DNA of 64,000 nt, from the NCBI RefSeq assembly GCF_009914755.1, contig NC_060942.1; one strand, given 5' to 3'. The notes under the pieces were generated by a model. That model ran no database searches and was not told the DNA's origin. It saw nothing but the letters and a program-made list of their open reading frames with translations. How positions within the stretch are numbered: position 1 is the stretch's first letter; the number at the start of each line of letters is the position of its first letter. The position numbers were made by a program, and so were the translations under genes. This stretch comes from the human T2T-CHM13v2.0 reference genome, Homo sapiens. Shown one piece after another: positions 57,901 to 64,000 of the stretch.

Positions 57901-60211
57901 GTTTTGAAGGAGCAGTTTTGAAACACTCGTTTTCTGGAATCTGCAAGTGGATATTAGGCTAGCTTTGGGGATTTCGCTGGAAGCGGGAATACATATAAAA
58001 AGCACACAGCAGCGTTCTGAGAAACTGCTTTCTGATGTTTGCATTCAAGTCAAAAGTTGAACAGTCCCTTTCATAGAGCAGGCCTGAAACACCCCTTTTG
58101 TAGTATCTGGAAGTGGACATTGGGAGCGCTTTCAGGGCTAAGGTGAAAAAGGAAATATCTTCCCATAAAAACTGGACAGAAGCATTCTCAGAAACTTGTC
58201 CATGCTGTATCTACTCAACTAACAAAGTTGAACCTTTCTTTTGATAGAGCAGTTTTGAAATGCTCTTTTTCTGGAATCTGCAAGTGGATATTTGGCTAGT
58301 TTTGAGGATTTCGTTGGAAGCGGGAATTCATACAAATTGCAGACTGCAGCGTTCTGAGAAACATCTTTGTGATGTTTGTATTCAGGACACAGAGTTGGAC
58401 ATTCCCTATCGTAGAGCAGGTTGGAATCACTCCTTTTGTAGTATCTGGAAGTGGACATTTGGAGCGCTTTCCGGCCTATGTTGAAAAAGGAAATATCTTC
58501 CCAAAACAACTAGACAGAAGCATTCTCAGAAACTTGTTTGTGATGTGTGCCCTCTACTGACAGAGTTGAACCTTTCTTTTCATAGAGCAGTTTCGAAACA
58601 CTCTTTTTGTAGAATCTGCAAGAGGATATTTGCATAGCTTTGAGGATTTCGTTGGAAACGGGATTGTCTTCAGGTAAAATCTAGACAGAAGCATTCTCAG
58701 AAACTTCTTTGGGATGTTTGCATTCAAGTCACAGAGTAGAACATTCCCTTTGGTAGAGCAGGTTTGAAACACTCTTTTTGTAGTATCTGGAAATGGACAT
58801 TTGGAGCGCTTTCAGGCCTACGTTGGAAAAGGAAATATCTTCCCATAACAACTAGACAGAAGCCTTCTCAGAAACTAGTTTCTGATGTGTGTCCTCAACT
58901 AACAGAGTTGAACCTTTCTTTTGGCAGAACAGTTTTGAAACACTCTTTTTGAGGAATCTGCAAGTGGATATTTGGCTAGATTTGAGGATTTCGATGGAAA
59001 CGGGATTACATATAAAAAGCAGACAGCAGCATTCTCAGAAACTTCTTTGTGGTGATTGCATTCAAGTCACAGAACTGAACATTCCCTTTCACAGAGCAGG
59101 TTTGAAACACTCTTTTGTAGTGTCTGTAAGTGGACATTTGGAGCGCTTTCCGGCCTCAGGTGAAAAAGGAAATATCTTCCCATAAAAACTAGACAGAAGC
59201 ATTCTCAGAAACTTACTCGTGATGGGTGTCCTCAACTAAAGGAGTAGAACCTTTCTTTTCATAGGAAGTTTTGAAACGCTCTTTTTGTGGAATCTGCAAG
59301 TGGATATTTGGCTAGTTTTGAGGATTTCGTTGGAAGCGGGAATTCATACAAATTGCAGACTGCAGCGTTCTGAGAAACATCTTTGTGATGTTTGTATTCA
59401 GGACACAGAGTTGAACATTCCCTACCATAGAGCAGGTTGGAATCACTCCTTTTGTCGTATCTGGAAGTGGACATTTGGAGCGCTTTCAGGCCTATGTTGG
59501 AAAAGGAAATATCTTCCCATAACAGCTAGACAGAAGCATTCCCAGAAACCTATTTGAGACGTGTGTACTCAACTAGGAGAATTGAAGCACCGTTTTGAAG
59601 GAGCAGTTTTGAAACACTCTTTTTCTGTAATCTGCAAGTGGATATTTGGCTAGCTTTGGGGATTTCGCTGGAAGCGGGAATACATATAAAAAGCACACAG
59701 CAGCGTTCTGAGAAACTGCTTTCTGATGTTTGCATTCAAGTCAAAAGTTGAACACTCCCTTTCATAGAGCGGGCTTGAAACACCCCTTTTCTAATATCTG
59801 GAACTGGACATTTGGAGCGCTTGCAGGGCTAAGGTGAAAAAGGAAATATCTTCCCATAAAAACTGGACAGAAGCATTCTCAGAAACTTGTTCATGCTGTA
59901 TCTACTCAACTAACAAAGTTGAACCTTTCTTTTGATAGAGAAGTTTTGAAATGCTCTTTTTGTGGAATCTGCAAGTGGATATTTGGCTAGTTTTGAGGAT
60001 TTCGTTGGAAGCGGGAATTCATACAAATTGCAGACTGCAGCGTTCTGAGAAACATCTTTGTGATGTTTGTATTCAGGACACAGAGTTGAACATTCCCTAT
60101 CATAGAGCAGGTTGGAATCACTCCTTTTGTCGTATCTGGAAGTGGACATTTGGAGCGCTTTCAGGCCTAAGATGAAAAAGGAAATATCTTCCCATAACAA
60201 CTAGACAGAAG
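39911..60211 (+). repeat. Alpha-satellite HOR, 10-mer, 1691-1693-bp period, 12 copies (SF2 strict dimeric; D18Z1-related, tentative)
   Basis: B1 starts at 39911, 41603, 43295, 44987, 46678, 48370, 50061, 51753, 53444, 55136, 56829, 58521 and 60212. Recurrent ORFs step by ~1692. Two GAATTC sites per unit (40731, 41406, 42423: spacings 675 and 1017). Confidence 0.95.
41391..41407 (+). promoter_or_regulatory. CENP-B box (representative of family B; about five per 1692-bp unit, every second monomer)
   Basis: TTTCGTTGGAAGCGGGA; the variants TTTCGCTGGAAGCGGGA and TTTCGTTGGACACGGGA keep the nine essential bases. Confidence 0.93.
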
Positions 60212-63200
60212 CATTCTCAGAAAGTTGTTTGTGATGTGTGCCCTCTACTGACAGAGTTGAACCTTTCTTTTCATAGAGCAGTTTCGAAACACTCTTTTTG
60301 GAGAATCTGCAAGAGGATATTTGCATAGCTCTGAGGATTTCGTTGGAAACGGGATTGTCTTCAGGTAAAATCTAGACAGAAGCATTCTCAGAAACTTCTT
60401 TGGGATGTTTGCATTCAAGTAACAGAGTAGAACATTCCCTTTGGTAGACCAGGTTTGAAACACTCTTTTTGTAGTATCTGGAAGTGGACATTTGGAGCCC
60501 TTTCAGGCCTATGTTGCAAAGGGAAATATCTTCCCGTAACAACTAGGTAGAAGCATTCTCAGAAACTTATTTGAGATGTGTGTACTCAACTAAGAGAATT
60601 GAACCACCGTTTTGAAGGAGCAGTTTCGAAACACTCTTTTTGTAGAATCTGCAGGAGGATATTTGCATAGCTTTGAGGATTTCGTTGGAAACGGGATTGT
60701 CTTCAGGTAAAATCTAGACAGAAGCATTCTCAGAAACTTCTTTGGGATGTTTGCATTCAAGTCACAGAGTAGAACATTCCCTTTGGTAGAGCAGGTTTGA
60801 AACACTCTTTGTGTAGTATCTGGAAGTGGACATTTGGAGCGCATTCAGGCCTACGTTGGAAAAGGAAATATCTTCCCATAACAACTAGACAGAAGCATTC
60901 TCAGAAACTAGTTTCTGATGTGTGTCCTCAACTAACAGAGTTGAACATTTCTTTTGACAGAACAGTTTTGAAACACTCTTTTTGAGGAATCTGCAAGTGG
61001 ATATTTGGCTAGATTTGAGGATTTCGTTGGAAACGGGATTACGTATAAAAAGCAGACAGCAGCATTAACAGAAACTTCTTTGTGATGATTGCATTCAAGT
61101 CACAGAATTGAACATTCCCTTTCACAGAGCAGTTTTGAAACACTCTTTTCTAGTGTCTGTAAGAGGACATTTGGAGCGCTTTACGGCCTCAGGTGAAAAA
61201 GGAAATATCTTCCCATAAAAACTAGACAGAAGCATTCACAGAAACTTACTCGTGATGTGTGTCCTCAACTAAAGGAGTAGAACCGTTCTTTTCATAGAGA
61301 AGTTTTGAAACGCTCTTTTTGTGGAATCTGCAAGTGGATATTTGGCTAGTGTTGAGGATTTCGTTGGAATGGGGAATTCATACAAATTGCAGACTGCAGC
61401 CTTCTGAGAAACATCTTTGTGATGTTTGTATTCAGGACACAGAGTTGAACATTCCCTATCATAGAGCAGGTTGGAATCACTGCTTTTGTCGTATCTGGAA
61501 GTGGACATTTGTAGCGCTTTCAGGCCTATGTTGGAAAAGGAAATATCTTCCCATAACAGCTAGACAGAAGCATTCTCAGAAACCTATTTGAGATGTGTGT
61601 ACTCAACTAAGAGAATTGAACCACCGTTTTGAAGGAGCAGTTTTGAAACACTCTTTTTCTGGAATCTACAAGTGGATATTTGGCTAGCTTTGGGGATTTC
61701 GCTGGAAGCGGGAATACATATAAAAAGCACACAGCAGCGTTCTGAGAAACTGCTTTCTGATGTTTGCATTCACGTCAAAAGTTGAACACTCCCTTTCATA
61801 GAGCAGGCTTGAAACACCCCTTTTGTAGTATCTGGAAGTGGACATTTGGAGCGCTTTCAGGGCTAAGGTGAAAAAGGAAATATCTTCCCATAAAAACTGG
61901 ACAGAAGCATTCTCAGAAACTTGTTCATGCTGTATCTACTCAACTAACAAAGTTGAACCTTTCTTTTCATAGAGCAGTTTTGAAATGCTCTTTTTGTGGA
62001 ATCTGCAAGTGGATATTTGGCTAGTTTTGAGGATTTCGTTGGAAGCGGGAATTCATACAAATTGCAGACTGCAGCGTTCCGAGAAACATCTTTGTGATGT
62101 TTGTATTCAGGACACAGAGTTGAACATTCCCTATCATAGAGCAGGTTGGAATCACTCCTTTTGTAGTATCTGAAAGTGGACATTTGGAGCGCTTTCAGGC
62201 CTATGTTGGAAAAGGAAATATCTTCCCATAACAACTAGACAGAAGCATTCCCAGAAACTTATTTGAGATGTGTGTACTCAACTAAGAGAATTGAACCACC
62301 GTTTTGAAGGAGCAGTTTTGAAACACTCTTTTTCTGGGATCTGCAAGTGGATATTTGGCTAGCTTTGGGGATTTCGCTGGAAGCGGGAATACATATAAAA
62401 AGCACACAGCAGCGTTCTGAGAAACTGCTTTCTGATGTTTGCATTCAAGTCAAAAGTTGAACACTCCCTTTCATAGAGCAGTCTTGAAACACCCATTTTG
62501 TAGTATCTGGAACTGGACATTTGGAGCGCTTTCAGGGCTAAGGTGAAAAAGGAAATATCTTCCCATAAAAACTGGACAGAAGCATTCTCACAAACTTGTT
62601 TATGCTGTATCTACACAACTAACAAAGTTGAACCTTTCTTTTGATAGAGCAGTTTTGAAATGCTCTTTTTGTGGAATCTGCAAGTGGATATTTGGCTAGT
62701 TTTGAGGATTTCGTTGGAAGCGGGAATTCATACAAGTTGCAGTTTGCAGCGTTCTGAGAAACATCTTTGTGATGATTGTATTCAGGACACAGAGTTGAAC
62801 ATTCCCTATCATAGAGCAGGTTTGAATCACTCCTTTTGTAGTATCTGGAAGTGGACATTTGGAGCGCTTTCAGGCCTATGTTGAAAAAGGAAATATCTTC
62901 CCATAACAACTAGACAGAAGCATTCTCAGAAACTTGTTTGTGATGTGTGCCCTCTACTGACAGAGTTGAACCTTTCTTTTCATAGAGCAGTTTCGAAACA
63001 CTCTTTTTGTAGAATCTGCAAGAGGATATTTGCATAGCTCTGAGGATTTCATGGGAAACGGGATTGTCTTCAGGTAAAATCTAGACAGAAGCATTCTCAG
63101 AAACTTCTTCGGGATGTTTGCATTCAAGTCACAGAGTAGAACATTCCCTTTGGTAGAGCAGGTTTGAAACACTCTTTTTGTAGTATCTGGAAGTGGACAT

Positions 63201-64000
63201 TTGGAGCGCTTTCAGGCCTATGTTGGAAAGGGAAATATCTTCCCGTAAAAACTAGGCAGAAGCATTCTCAGAAACTTATTTGAGATGTGTGTACTCAACT
63301 AAGAGAATTGAACCACCGTTTTGAAGGAGCAGTTTGGAAACACTCTTTTTCTGGAATCTGCAAGTGGATATTTGGCTAGCTTTGGGGATTTCGCTGGAAG
63401 CGGGAATACATATAAAAAGCACACAGCAGCGTTCTGAGAAACTACTTTCTGATGTTTGCATTCAAGTCAAAAGTTGAACACTCCCTTTCATAGAGCAGTC
63501 TTGAAACACCCCTTTTGTAGTATCTGGAACTGGACATTTGGAGTGCTTTCAGGGCTAAGTTGAAAAAGGAAATATCTTCCCATAAAAACTGGACAGAAGC
63601 ATTCTCACAAACTAGTTTCTGATGTGTGTCCTCAACTAACACAGTTGAACATTTCTTTAGACAGAACAGTTTTGAAACACTCTTTTTGTGGAATCTGCAA
63701 GTGGATATTTGGCTAGATTTGAGGATTTCGTTGGAAACGGGATTACATATAAAAAGCAGGCAGCAGCAATCTCAGAAACTTCTTTGTGATGATTGCATTC
63801 AAGTCACAGAATTGAACATTCCCTTTCACAGAGCAGGTTTGAAACACTCTTTTTGTAGTGTGTGTAAGTGGACATTTGGAGCGCTTTCCGGCCTAAGGTG
63901 AACAAGGAAATATCTTCCCATAAAAACTAGACAGAAGCATTCTCAGAAACTTACTCGTGATGTGTGTCCTCAACTAAAGGAGTAGAACCTTTCTTTTCAT
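60212..64000 (+). repeat. Family-B alpha satellite with altered HOR order (tetramer duplication; 12-mer-like order begins ~62921)
   Basis: B7-B10 occurs twice (61571, 62246; offset 675), followed by B1-B2'-B7-B8-B3-B4-B5. Confidence 0.85.

Overview
The window is primate (almost certainly human) centromeric alpha-satellite DNA: ~171-bp monomers, all in one orientation, with SF2 (D1/D2)-type sequence and CENP-B boxes on the + strand. Left to right it contains: a homogeneous 1701-bp 10-mer HOR ('family A', 1-~8030); ~24 kb of divergent, rearranged family-A HORs (~8030-32030) carrying one 5'-truncated LINE-1 (21480-23906, with TSD, poly-A and L1HS Ta-1 diagnostic bases); an in-register switch at ~32.02 kb to a second SF2 family ('family B', which I recall as chr18 D18Z1-like); an irregular B zone with extra monomer types (32-39.9 kb); 12 copies of a 1692-bp 10-mer (39911-60211); and a final zone rearranging toward a 12-mer-like order. 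Best guess is the D18Z2-like/D18Z1-like border of chromosome 18 (from memory, not verified). The only real coding sequence is the broken L1 ORF2; the other short ORFs are translation artefacts of the satellite or of other L1 frames. I found no novel gene system. The interesting signals concern satellite evolution and the L1. Monomer labels A1-A10, B1-B10, X and Y are my own, assigned by eye.
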